From Alphaproteobacteria bacterium (lineage in GTDB: Bacteria > Pseudomonadota > Alphaproteobacteria > Rs-D84): a stretch of DNA of 36,299 nucleotides. The translations under genes and the position numbers were made by a program. The DNA is taken from contig JAFYXQ010000010.1 in NCBI GenBank assembly GCA_017546085.1, forward strand, positions 1 through 36,299. The letters run 5' to 3'. Of the stretch, positions 8,593-17,521 are shown one piece after another. The notes below the pieces were generated by a model. It ran no database searches. It saw nothing but the letters and a program-made list of their open reading frames with translations, and was not told the origin of the DNA. The stretch's first letter is position 1, and every line of letters begins with the position of its first letter.

Positions 8593-10437
8593 TTAAAAAG
8601 ATAATTTTGTTTTGGCTAAAACGTAAACTTCATCACGACCGTATGGGTTATCAACAAACGCTGCTGTCATGAACTTGTATGATATTCCATATTCGATTGA
8701 TGGACGTGAATTTAGGTTGATGTTATGTGTTTTGAATATATAATCGCCATTGTTTGTACGGCCAGTAGGGGAGTTCAGGTTCATGTTGCCACTAATAATT
8801 GTGTCTGGTGTGCCGAAAAATATACCAAAATCACCGTATTTTGCATTAAATGAAATGGATGTGGTATATATGTTGGAAAATCTGCTTATCATTGATTGTG
8901 GTGCAGGGGTTGGATTCATGACACCAAATGTTGCGTTGGCTGATAATGAAATGTTGCCAATTTGTTTTTTTTCATTTATTCCAATAAAACTTATCAGATT
9001 TTGATTGTCGTTTTGTAAAATCCCGTCTGCGTTCAAGATTTCGCTGGTCTTGAATCCGAATTCGATATTACCAATTTGCATTTGGCGATCTGAATTGTCG
9101 CGTAGTTTTTCAAAGCCAATACTGCGGTTTTTTATGGAAATGTTTTTGTTCAAAGATGTGTCAAATGCACGACCAAAATCATCAACAAATGCAAATTTAA
9201 TGTTTTGGGATTTTATGTTGTGGGCAATTGTGCCGCTGACACGTGCGGTTGTTAATGGGGTGGATGTGGTTTCAGATATTGGAACCAACTGGGCGCCCAC
9301 AGGACGTGTCGCACGTTCCAAATCTAGCATACCATGGCCATAAATTTCGTCAATGCCAGCGTCCCCAATATCGCGTGCGGTTGCAAATAGCAGGTTTGTA
9401 ATTTCTGTGGCGTGCATATATGGGAATGCTTCTCGTATTACAGCGATGGCTGCTGACACGATTGGGGCAGCAAAACTGGTGCCGTTTAATGTTGATGTGT
9501 TATTGGCGTTTTGTAAATCAGTACCTGGTGCCGTGATACAATAATTTTTTGTAATTCCACATGCGTTACTAAATTCTGCCAATTTATTGGTTTGATTGTC
9601 CCAGGCGACAACGTTTACAAAGTGTCCGTCTGTTTCAGGTACGTGCAATGGAATGGCGGATAGTGCGCTTGATTGGGTATAATAATCGTTGCCTGCCGCC
9701 CAAACAAAGATTGCGTCATTGTTTGTTGCTGCGTTTGACAGTGCGTTGATAAAGTTTTTGTCGGTGATTTGTTCAAGGTGTTTGCGTGATTTTACCTGTG
9801 TTGCATATGTGCCGTTTGCCGACCAGCTGAAGTTATAGATGTGTGCGGGTTGTGCATCTGCAATCGTTTGGCCAATTTCTTTAAATGAAATAAATTCGCC
9901 ATTTTTATTTGCAATTGCATATGTGTTAACGTCTGCGTTCGGGGCAATTTGACCAGATGATAAATATGCAACGTTTCGACCGTGCCATGTGTCTGTTGAT
10001 GAATCAAATACTGCAATTTTTGAACCCAGACCAGTGTATCCGCGTGCCAATGAATATGCAAGGCGTATTTCATCGTATTGTTGCTGATTTTTTATGTATG
10101 TTTCGGTTTGTGTTGCCGCGGATAATTTTACATAATCTACGTCGCCACCGACCATGTCGTATGTTTGCATGGTTGGGTGTGCGCTGTGCGTATCGTTGTC
10201 GCCGCCGTTTCCGTCGGATGCGCCCAATAATGCGATTGTAGCACCAATTGCAGCAATTGTGCCACCTGATATAGCAGCAGTTGTGGCAAGCGAAGTTTTG
10301 GATTTCTTATTTTGCGTGGAACATTCGTCTGGGTTATATCTGCGATATATCTCGCTGCTGCAATTTGATGCAGCAACAGATGTGCAAAAAAACGCACCAG
10401 ATAAAATTGCAGATAAAATCTTCCCTGTGTACTTCAT
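8593..10437 (-). CDS. S8 family serine peptidase (subtilase), autotransporter-like
   Basis: 614 aa. Catalytic motifs VFDSS (Asp), HGRNVA (His), AAGN (oxyanion Asn), GTSFAAP (Ser), also YGHGMLDL. Signal peptide and C-terminal Phe. Confidence 0.92.
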   Translation of the reverse strand: MKYTGKILSAILSGAFFCTSVAASNCSSEIYRRYNPDECSTQNKKSKTSLATTAAISGGTIAAIGATIALLGASDGNGGDNDTHSAHPTMQTYDMVGGDVDYVKLSAATQTETYIKNQQQYDEIRLAYSLARGYTGLGSKIAVFDSSTDTWHGRNVAYLSSGQIAPNADVNTYAIANKNGEFISFKEIGQTIADAQPAHIYNFSWSANGTYATQVKSRKHLEQITDKNFINALSNAATNNDAIFVWAAGNDYYTQSSALSAIPLHVPETDGHFVNVVAWDNQTNKLAEFSNACGITKNYCITAPGTDLQNANNTSTLNGTSFAAPIVSAAIAVIREAFPYMHATEITNLLFATARDIGDAGIDEIYGHGMLDLERATRPVGAQLVPISETTSTPLTTARVSGTIAHNIKSQNIKFAFVDDFGRAFDTSLNKNISIKNRSIGFEKLRDNSDRQMQIGNIEFGFKTSEILNADGILQNDNQNLISFIGINEKKQIGNISLSANATFGVMNPTPAPQSMISRFSNIYTTSISFNAKYGDFGIFFGTPDTIISGNMNLNSPTGRTNNGDYIFKTHNINLNSRPSIEYGISYKFMTAAFVDNPYGRDEVYVLAKTKLSF

Positions 10438-10473
10438 TAGTCAAATCCAACCGTGGCACCATGCCACAATACT

Positions 10474-10501
10474 AATATAGTACAAAGCAGTCGTTTGTCA
10501 A
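10474..10501 (-). promoter_or_regulatory. putative sigma70 promoter of the S8 peptidase
   Basis: TTGACA-N16-TATATT on the minus strand. Confidence 0.6.
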
Positions 10502-10557
10502 TCTGTAATTGTGTTTGCGTAGGAATATTTTTTATTAACCTTTTTTCATAATTTTAC

Positions 10558-10586
10558 TTGATTTTTTTATCTTCTTTCGCTATGAT
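10558..10586 (+). promoter_or_regulatory. putative rpsB promoter
   Basis: TTGATT-N17-TATGAT. Confidence 0.6.
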
Positions 10587-10591
10587 TGGCG

Positions 10592-10680
10592 CACGCACTA
10601 TGGTGCGAAGAACACAGTCGTTGTGTAAAATTTCTGTCCAGATTAAAACTGGGTTGTCGCACACGACGAGGATAATAACA
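10592..10680 (+). promoter_or_regulatory. structured rpsB 5' leader (S2-leader/t44-like)
   Basis: CGCAC/GTGCG hairpin, then CACA-GTCGT...ACGAC-GAGG-ATAATAAC enclosing a CCAG/CTGG hairpin. Position and layout resemble rpsB autoregulatory leaders. Confidence 0.5.
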
Positions 10681-10699
10681 GAAAAAAAGGACTAAAATC

Positions 10700-11551
10700 A
10701 TGGCATTGCCAACATTTACAATGAAACAGTTGATGGAAGCTGGTGTTCACTTTGGTCACCATACACGTCGCTGGAATCCATTAATGACACCATATGTTTA
10801 TGGGGTTAAGGATAAAATCCATATCATTAATTTGAATAAAACTGCACCTTTGTTGCATCGTTCTTTGGTTGCATTGGAAGCGATTGCTGCAGCTGGTGGT
10901 AAGGTTTTGTTCGTTGCAACAAAACATCAGGCAAAAGATATTGTTAAAGATGCAGCAGAACGTTGTGGTCAATTTTATGTTAATAACCGCTGGTTGGGTG
11001 GTATGTTGACAAACTGGACAACGGTTTCTCAGTCTATTCGCCGTCTGAAGAAGATGGAAAATGATATCGCAAATGCAGAAAAATTGGGTCTGACCAAAAA
11101 AGAAGTTGGTGTTATGACCAAGGAAGTTGAAAAACTGCGTGGTATTTTCGGCGGTATTTTGGATATGCACGGCACACCACAGGCGATGGTCGTTATTGAC
11201 GTTCCACGTGAAATGAATGCTGTTCGTGAGGCTAAGAATTTGGACATCCCAACAATCGCGATTTGTGATACAAATGCAAATCCTGAAATGGTTGATTACC
11301 CAGTTCCAGGTAATGATGACGCAGCACGTGCAACACAGTTGTACTGTGATTTGTTCGTTGACGCAATCTTGTCTGGTATTGAAAAACGTTTGGGTGGCGC
11401 AGCTGGTAAAAAAGCTGAATCTGATATCAAGGTAGAAGTTGCGGATGAATTTGAAGCTGAAATCAAAGAAAAAGAAGCTAAAATCAAATCCAAAACATCC
11501 GAAGCGCGCGCTGAACGCCGTGGTAAGTTAGCTGAAAAGGCAGACAAATAA
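10700..11551 (+). CDS. rpsB: 30S ribosomal protein S2
   Basis: LMEAGVHFGH, RWLGGMLTN, PGNDDA motifs. Confidence 0.99.
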   Translation: MALPTFTMKQLMEAGVHFGHHTRRWNPLMTPYVYGVKDKIHIINLNKTAPLLHRSLVALEAIAAAGGKVLFVATKHQAKDIVKDAAERCGQFYVNNRWLGGMLTNWTTVSQSIRRLKKMENDIANAEKLGLTKKEVGVMTKEVEKLRGIFGGILDMHGTPQAMVVIDVPREMNAVREAKNLDIPTIAICDTNANPEMVDYPVPGNDDAARATQLYCDLFVDAILSGIEKRLGGAAGKKAESDIKVEVADEFEAEIKEKEAKIKSKTSEARAERRGKLAEKADK

Positions 11552-11580
11552 TTAAATATCATAAACATTGGTGATTATAT

Positions 11581-11817
11581 ATGGCATATATAATAAGACC
11601 AAATGGCAAAAGATATCGATCGATTTTAACAGGGGTGACCCGGAATAAAATTGATATTTATCGTGCAGTTGATGTTGAAACGCAGCGAAACATGGTTTTT
11701 TGTGTGCGGTATAAAAACGCCAATGTTTATGGACCAATTTGTACAACGCGTGATGCGGCGGTGCGACGTGCATTTATTGTTGCGATTGCCCATCATTGTG
11801 GGGTAAAACAAAGATAA
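11581..11817 (+). CDS. small basic hypothetical protein
   Basis: 78-aa ATG ORF exactly filling the rpsB-tsf gap, GGTG RBS-like element, ends KQR. Confidence 0.7.
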   Translation: MAYIIRPNGKRYRSILTGVTRNKIDIYRAVDVETQRNMVFCVRYKNANVYGPICTTRDAAVRRAFIVAIAHHCGVKQR

Positions 11818-11841
11818 CCATTTAAAAATACGGGGGAAATT

Positions 11842-12711
11842 ATGGCAGAAATTACAGCAAAATTAATTCAAGAACTGCGTGAAAAAACATCTGCAGGTAT
11901 GATGGATTGTAAGAAAGCCTTGATTGAAAACAATGGCGATATCGAAGCTGCGGCTGATTGGTTGCGTCAGAAGGGTATTGTTAAGGCTGCGTCGAAGGCG
12001 GGTCGTGTTGCTGCGTCTGGTTTGGTAACGGTTGTAAAATGCGACAATATGGGCTGTGTTGTTGAATTGAATGCAGAAACAGACTTCGTTGCAAAAAATG
12101 AAAAGTTCCAAAAATTAGTTGCAGATGTTGCAAACAAGGCAATGGAATTGAAGGGTGATTTTGATGCAACAATGAATGCAGTAAAAGATGATATCGCAGC
12201 GACAATTTCAACAATTGGTGAAAATATGAACCTGCGTCGTATTGCCAAGGTCGAAGGCGACAAAATCTTTACATATATTCACAATGCCTTGGTTCCAGGT
12301 ATGGGACAGATTGGTGTTGCAGTTGCAATTAATGGCGATGATGCAAAAATTGACGAAATCGGTTCCAAAATTGCAATGCATATTGCTGCAAATAAACCGG
12401 AATTTATGACAATTGCTGATGTTGACCCAGTTGCAGTTGAACGTGAAAAGAAAGTTTTCATCGAATCTGGTGCAACAGCTGGTAAGCCTGAAAACATTGT
12501 TGAAAAGATGGTCGAAGGTCGTATTAAAAAATACTATGGTGAATCTGTATTAGAAGAACAGCCATTTGTTATGGATCCTTCTAAAACCGTAAAACAGGTT
12601 ATCGAAGAAGCTAATGGTAAGTTGGCCGGTTTCGCATACTATGTTTTGGGCGAAGGTATTGAAAAGCGCGAAGATAATTTGGCAGATGAAGTTGCCAAGA
12701 TGTTAGCATAA
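11842..12711 (+). CDS. tsf: translation elongation factor Ts
   Basis: LREKTSAGMMDCKKAL, ELNAETDFVAKN, IAMHIAA. Confidence 0.99.
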   Translation: MAEITAKLIQELREKTSAGMMDCKKALIENNGDIEAAADWLRQKGIVKAASKAGRVAASGLVTVVKCDNMGCVVELNAETDFVAKNEKFQKLVADVANKAMELKGDFDATMNAVKDDIAATISTIGENMNLRRIAKVEGDKIFTYIHNALVPGMGQIGVAVAINGDDAKIDEIGSKIAMHIAANKPEFMTIADVDPVAVEREKKVFIESGATAGKPENIVEKMVEGRIKKYYGESVLEEQPFVMDPSKTVKQVIEEANGKLAGFAYYVLGEGIEKREDNLADEVAKMLA

Positions 12712-12731
12712 ATTAAATCTAATAATTTATC

Positions 12732-12792
12732 TGTGGGCGGTCCCGACACCTTATGTACGTCTTGTACACTGTGGTATCGGGACCGTTCCACA
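12732..12792. other. GC-rich imperfect long hairpin downstream of tsf
   Basis: TGTGGGCGGTCCCGACACC ... GGTATCGGGACCGTTCCACA with inner TGTAC/GTACA stem. Confidence 0.6.
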
Positions 12793-12849
12793 TCTAAATC
12801 ATTATCTTTAATTTCTGATAATCGGTTAATAATTTATATAATGTAAAAT

Positions 12850-12875
12850 AAATCCCGTAAATGCGGGATTTTTTT
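12850..12875 (+). terminator. intrinsic terminator of the rpsB-tsf unit
   Basis: AAATCCCGTA-AA-TGCGGGATTT followed by a T-run. Confidence 0.8.
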
Positions 12876-12932
12876 CGTTGATTTTTTATTTTTTGTTTGT
12901 TAATTATGGGTGTCCATCACAAGGAGTTTTTT

Positions 12933-13328
12933 ATGGATATGTTCAAGGTTACAAGTGTTAAATATGAAGACGGCGATATATATCAAACAGTATTTTTGAA
13001 TGGTAAAAAAGGCTATAATTGTCAAAAAAATATTTTTAGAACAAATGTGAAGTTTGAAAAAGGACATGCGTTCAAGGTTTATAAAACACGGTATGGATTA
13101 GATTATGCGTATTCATATAAGCTGGGCGGGAAACGTTATGTGGATTTGATGCAGGTGCCGACAAATATGTCAGGTGTGGAAAGTTTTTATGAAAAATTAT
13201 GTATGGTGGATTCCATTTTGTTGAATAATGATATTTGTTCGGTATTGCATCGTCGTGGAATTAAACCAACATTTAACAAGATGAATAATTTGCGTTTATT
13301 CTTGTTTGAATTGCCCAAGGTACGTTAA
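12933..13328 (+). CDS. hypothetical protein
   Basis: 131 aa from MDMFKV after RBS AAGGAG, own terminator, ends KVR. Confidence 0.8.
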   Translation: MDMFKVTSVKYEDGDIYQTVFLNGKKGYNCQKNIFRTNVKFEKGHAFKVYKTRYGLDYAYSYKLGGKRYVDLMQVPTNMSGVESFYEKLCMVDSILLNNDICSVLHRRGIKPTFNKMNNLRLFLFELPKVR

Positions 13329-13333
13329 TTGTT

Positions 13334-13363
13334 AAGAATCCCCACGTGTTTGGGGATTTTTTT
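13334..13363 (+). terminator. intrinsic terminator
   Basis: AATCCCCA-CGTGTT-TGGGGATT followed by a T-run. Confidence 0.8.
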
Positions 13364-13435
13364 GTATAAATTTGTTTCGGGGGCTTGCGTGTTATGTTTT
13401 TGCGTGTTATGATTCCCCTTGGAAAAGGATTAGTT

Positions 13436-14650
13436 ATGCAAAATGAATTGTTACAGGAATTAGCCGCACGTGGCTTTATTAATCAGACGTCGAATATTGA
13501 TGGTTTGAATGATGCATTAAATTCGGGGAAGATTACTGCGTATTTGGGATCTGATCCAACGGCGGATTCGTTGCATGTTGGGCATTTGGTGCCGGTCATG
13601 ATGATGCGTTGGCTGCAAAAATACGGTCATAAACCAATTACATTGGTTGGTGGTGCAACAGGGCGCATTGGTGATCCGTCCGGTCGTGATTCGGGGCGTC
13701 CAATGATGACAGAAGAAATATTGGCAAAGAATGTCGCAGGATTAAAGAAGTCTTTTTCGAAATTCTTTAAGTTTGGTGATGGTGCATCTGATGCCATTAT
13801 GGTGGATAATTATGATTGGATGAAGAATTATAGTCATTTGGATTTTCTGCGTGATTTTGGAACTGATTTTACAGTGCCGCGTATGTTGTCAATGGATTCT
13901 GTGAAACGTCGTTTGGATAATGGGATGACGTTCCTTGAATTTAATTATATGACATTTCAGGCGGTGGATTTTCTGACCTTGTATCGTGAACATAATTGCA
14001 TTTTACAGACCTGTGGTGCAGATCAATGGGGAAATGCAATTATGGGAATCGAACTGATTCGAAAAAAATTGGGTAAGGAAGCATTTGTTTTATCTACGTC
14101 CTTGATTACAGATGCAAATGGGAATAAAATTGGAAAGTCTGCGGGGAATGCGGTTTGGGTGAATGAAGATAAGACGTCCCCGTATGAATACTATCAATAT
14201 TTTCGTAATATATCAGATGATTTAGTCGAAAAGTTTTTGAAAATATTTACAGAAATTCCATTAGATAAAATCGAGGAGCTTGCTGCATTGCAGGGGGCGG
14301 AGTTAAATCAGGCAAAGAAGATTTTGGCATTTGCGGCCACTGAAATTGCGCATGGAACGGACGCTGCGCGTAACGCGGAAGATGCATCTAATGCATTGTT
14401 TGGTGGTGGTGCCAATATGGAAAATGTTCCTTCTGCTGAAATCGAAATGGTTGCAGATATGCCAATATTAGATTTCTTGGTCGCAACAGGATTGTTCCAA
14501 TCAAAGTCAGAGGCACGCCGTATGGTGGAGCAGGGCGGAATTCAAATTGATGGAAGTAAAATTTCTGATATCAAGCATGTTGTTGGTGTGGCTGATGAAT
14601 TTATGGTTCAAAAAGGTAAAAAGACATTCTTGAAAGTAATTAAGAAATAA
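13436..14650 (+). CDS. tyrS: tyrosine--tRNA ligase
   Basis: DPTADSLHVGH (HIGH), GADQWGN, KIGKS (KMSKS), C-terminal S4-like domain. Start set at ATG 13436 after AAAGGA. Confidence 0.98.
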   Translation: MQNELLQELAARGFINQTSNIDGLNDALNSGKITAYLGSDPTADSLHVGHLVPVMMMRWLQKYGHKPITLVGGATGRIGDPSGRDSGRPMMTEEILAKNVAGLKKSFSKFFKFGDGASDAIMVDNYDWMKNYSHLDFLRDFGTDFTVPRMLSMDSVKRRLDNGMTFLEFNYMTFQAVDFLTLYREHNCILQTCGADQWGNAIMGIELIRKKLGKEAFVLSTSLITDANGNKIGKSAGNAVWVNEDKTSPYEYYQYFRNISDDLVEKFLKIFTEIPLDKIEELAALQGAELNQAKKILAFAATEIAHGTDAARNAEDASNALFGGGANMENVPSAEIEMVADMPILDFLVATGLFQSKSEARRMVEQGGIQIDGSKISDIKHVVGVADEFMVQKGKKTFLKVIKK

Positions 14651-15723
14651 TGAAGAATTTTATAGCCTTTCTTTCTTTGATTGCGTTGGTTGTAGGCCCT
14701 TGCTACGGGGGCAGCGAATTGTCCAAGATTAATGCCCAAATAAAACAGGCTGAACAGCAAAATAAAAAAATAGAACAGCAGGTAAAGACGTCAGAGCGTG
14801 ATGTTGAAAAGACCAAGAAGCAGTTAGTCAAGGCCGCCGATAAGGTTAGTGATTTAGAAGAAAAACGCAGCGAAATGGCGAAGAAAATCGCCGAACTCGA
14901 TGCGGAACGTGATAAAATTACGCGTGAAATGGAAAAAAATCATGGTCGTATCACAGATGCGGCATCTGGGATTTTGTTTGTTGCGTCGCACCCCAGTTTT
15001 GATGCAGAAAATATGCGTGATTATGTTTTGATGTCTGCAACACTGTCTGGAATGGCAGAAAATCTTGAATCAGAAATTCAAAATGCCCAGGAACAGGTTC
15101 AAGAAATTGAAAAAATCCGTGAAAAACGCGCTGTTGAAAAAGAGAAGTTAGATAGAACCGCAAAAAAGTACGCCAAGGAAAAAAATCAACTGGATAAATT
15201 GTTGCGTACACGTAGCGCCCAAAATGAAAAATTAAAAAATCAGCAAACCGTATTACAGAAAAAATTACGCGATTTGTCCGCACGCGCAAAAAATATTTCA
15301 GAATTATCCGCGGGTGTTGGCAGTTCGGAAATGTCGTCTGATGCACGTTTTTCTAGGCGAAAATTAAATTTGCCGGTGCGGGGACGTGTGGTTGTTCGTT
15401 TTGGCGAAAAAACCGCATTGGGGTTAAAGTCTGATGGATGGCGTGTTCGTACGCGTGGTGATGCGTTGGTGTTGGCGCCTGCAGATGGTGTTGTGAAATT
15501 TGCGGATAGTTTCCGTGGTTTTGGACGTGTTGTTATTTTGTCGCATAAAAATGGATATAATACGGTTATGACAAATCTTGGGAATGTAGATGTTGCCTTG
15601 GAACAAGAAGTGCTTGCAGGGGAACCAATTGGGCGAATGAATCCTGATAAGCCAGAAATGTATCTAGAGGTGCGACGTGGAAATAGTGCTGTTGATCCAG
15701 CGAAATTGTTTAATGAACAATAA
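14650..15723 (+). CDS. envC: murein hydrolase activator EnvC family protein (coiled coil plus M23-like domain)
   Basis: Signal peptide, long coiled coil, degenerate M23/LytM domain (LPVRGRVVVRFG, APADGVV, YLEVRRG..AVDP). Confidence 0.85.
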   Translation: MKNFIAFLSLIALVVGPCYGGSELSKINAQIKQAEQQNKKIEQQVKTSERDVEKTKKQLVKAADKVSDLEEKRSEMAKKIAELDAERDKITREMEKNHGRITDAASGILFVASHPSFDAENMRDYVLMSATLSGMAENLESEIQNAQEQVQEIEKIREKRAVEKEKLDRTAKKYAKEKNQLDKLLRTRSAQNEKLKNQQTVLQKKLRDLSARAKNISELSAGVGSSEMSSDARFSRRKLNLPVRGRVVVRFGEKTALGLKSDGWRVRTRGDALVLAPADGVVKFADSFRGFGRVVILSHKNGYNTVMTNLGNVDVALEQEVLAGEPIGRMNPDKPEMYLEVRRGNSAVDPAKLFNEQ

Positions 15724-15746
15724 AAAGCCCAAATGGGGGCTTTTTT
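15722..15746. terminator. bidirectional intrinsic terminator
   Basis: AAAAAGCCC-N7-GGGCTTTTT between convergent stops. Confidence 0.8.
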
Positions 15747-16662
15747 ATTTTGAAAATTGCAGTTCTATGTTTGTGAGTGCGGTAATTTGTTCCCGTATAA
15801 ATGCGACTTTGTTTATATTGTTTTGTATGGTTTTTTTATTTGTTGAATTTGTACGTAAATCATCAGATGCTTTGATAAATCGTTTTAGGGCAATCAACAT
15901 TATTCTGAATTTCATAATTTCACGTAATGATTGGTTCGTTATTGCGGGGATACGATAACGTTCATGATTGTGCATTTTATAATATGCTTCGTAAACTTGT
16001 TTAAATATTCCTAATTCGATTTGCAATGGTGCAAATATGTCGCGGTATATATAGTTATAGTTTGCTTCTGCGAAGTCAATAAAAGATATGGTGCTGGTTG
16101 TGTAATCGTACAAAACATTTCCTGGGTTTAAGTCGCAGTGCGACCATGCGCGTCTAGTTTCGTATTTGTATGTACCAACCATATCGCGAATACGTGCCAT
16201 TGTTTGGATTTCGGCTTTTTTAAACCATTTGGACATTTTGTTTTCTATAAATAAATTAAGACGATTAAATTTGATTTCGTCTGAAATTTTATGGGTTTTG
16301 TAATCTTCAACCGGTTTTAATTCATTCATATCAACTAAAAATGCAGCGATACCATCAACAATTTCATATCTTTGACGTTGGGTTAATTTATTGAAAAGAT
16401 CTGCAGTTAATGGTTCGCCATATGCCCTGTCTTCGAGTAATTGAAATTTATCGTCTTCGATAAAATGCATTTGTGGAATGTTATAACGTGGGTTGCCAAC
16501 ATTATATATTTCATCAAGTGCATTTTTTGTTTTGTGTTGTTTTGCCAACCATGCAATACGTGCTTCAGCCCCCAAGTTTTCTTTTGGGCGCTTTATAACA
16601 TATTTATCAAAAATAGTTGCTTCGGTTTCGCGGCCGTGTGCACGAATTATTGGTTGTGTCAT
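15745..16662 (-). CDS. aminoglycoside phosphotransferase/choline kinase-like phosphotransferase
   Basis: 305 aa from MTQPII. YVIKRP (ATP-binding Lys), HCDLNPGNVL (HxDxxxxN), IDFAEA. The ATG overlaps the upstream TAA (TAATG). Confidence 0.85.
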   Translation of the reverse strand: MTQPIIRAHGRETEATIFDKYVIKRPKENLGAEARIAWLAKQHKTKNALDEIYNVGNPRYNIPQMHFIEDDKFQLLEDRAYGEPLTADLFNKLTQRQRYEIVDGIAAFLVDMNELKPVEDYKTHKISDEIKFNRLNLFIENKMSKWFKKAEIQTMARIRDMVGTYKYETRRAWSHCDLNPGNVLYDYTTSTISFIDFAEANYNYIYRDIFAPLQIELGIFKQVYEAYYKMHNHERYRIPAITNQSLREIMKFRIMLIALKRFIKASDDLRTNSTNKKTIQNNINKVAFIREQITALTNIELQFSK

Positions 16663-17390
16663 TATAGTACCTTGGATTTTTTTATTTGTGATATGATTTC
16701 GCGTTGTGTGCGCACCAAGCAAGATTCCATATATTCGTAATATTTTTTGATTTGCCCGTTTGCGCGATTGGCAATTGCCTTTCTGTAATCTTGTTTATCG
16801 CCGCGTTTATTGAAAACAATTGGGCGATATCCACCCTGGATTAATACCCAGTTCATAATTAATCTGGCGGTACGTTTGTTGAAATCGTCAAATGGTTGTA
16901 ACGCGATTAATTCGTAATGAATATCAAATGCATTGTGTAATACATTTTTAGGGTTCGAATTAATTTTATACAGGATTTCATTTAAAAGGAATCCTATTTC
17001 ATGTGGTGAAGGGGCATGTAATCTGCAACCGTCATTCAATGTGATTTCTAAAATTTTATTTGATGTTCGAAACATTGTTCCGATTATATTGGTATTTCTG
17101 CATAGCATTTGATGTATTCGTAAAATAGCAGCTGTGTCAATTGGTTCGTTTGGATTATTTACTATATAATCATATGTTGGGCCAATGTTGCTCATGTTAT
17201 TAAAATCTAAATAAGGAAGCTGTTCCTTGGATGAAAGGTGAAACAAAATCCGTGGTTCTGAAAATGATATTTCATGACGTAACCAATTTATATTGTTAAG
17301 GCGTTTAACGCTATCTGCGCTGTAAAGCATAGCCGTTATGGTTTTACGGTTTGATTCTATAATTGGTTTAAGATTTTGCGTTTTTGTCAT
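16662..17390 (-). CDS. Fic/Doc family protein with non-canonical motif
   Basis: 242 aa. ILRIHQML and HYELIALQPFDDFNKRTARLIMN, compared with canonical HPFxDGNGRxxR. Confidence 0.9.
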   Translation of the reverse strand: MTKTQNLKPIIESNRKTITAMLYSADSVKRLNNINWLRHEISFSEPRILFHLSSKEQLPYLDFNNMSNIGPTYDYIVNNPNEPIDTAAILRIHQMLCRNTNIIGTMFRTSNKILEITLNDGCRLHAPSPHEIGFLLNEILYKINSNPKNVLHNAFDIHYELIALQPFDDFNKRTARLIMNWVLIQGGYRPIVFNKRGDKQDYRKAIANRANGQIKKYYEYMESCLVRTQREIISQIKKSKVL

Positions 17391-17414
17391 TTTTTATCCT
17401 ATTATACACTACAT

Positions 17415-17442
17415 AATATAGCCCATAAAATATATTTGTCAA
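17415..17442 (-). promoter_or_regulatory. putative sigma70 promoter of the Fic-kinase operon
   Basis: TTGACA-N16-TATATT on the minus strand. Confidence 0.65.
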
Positions 17443-17521
17443 TATTTATTTAATAAAAATCGTATTGAATATTGTGTGAATTTGTTTTATGCTGAATGCC
17501 ATAACGAAAGGATTTTGTACA

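Noticed and set aside
14650-15723. Loss of M23 zinc ligands as a novelty
   Set aside because: A degenerate LytM domain is the established normal state for EnvC.
15745-16662. Calling the kinase an aminoglycoside-resistance gene
   Set aside because: Only fold-level APH/choline-kinase motifs are visible, and the substrate cannot be inferred.
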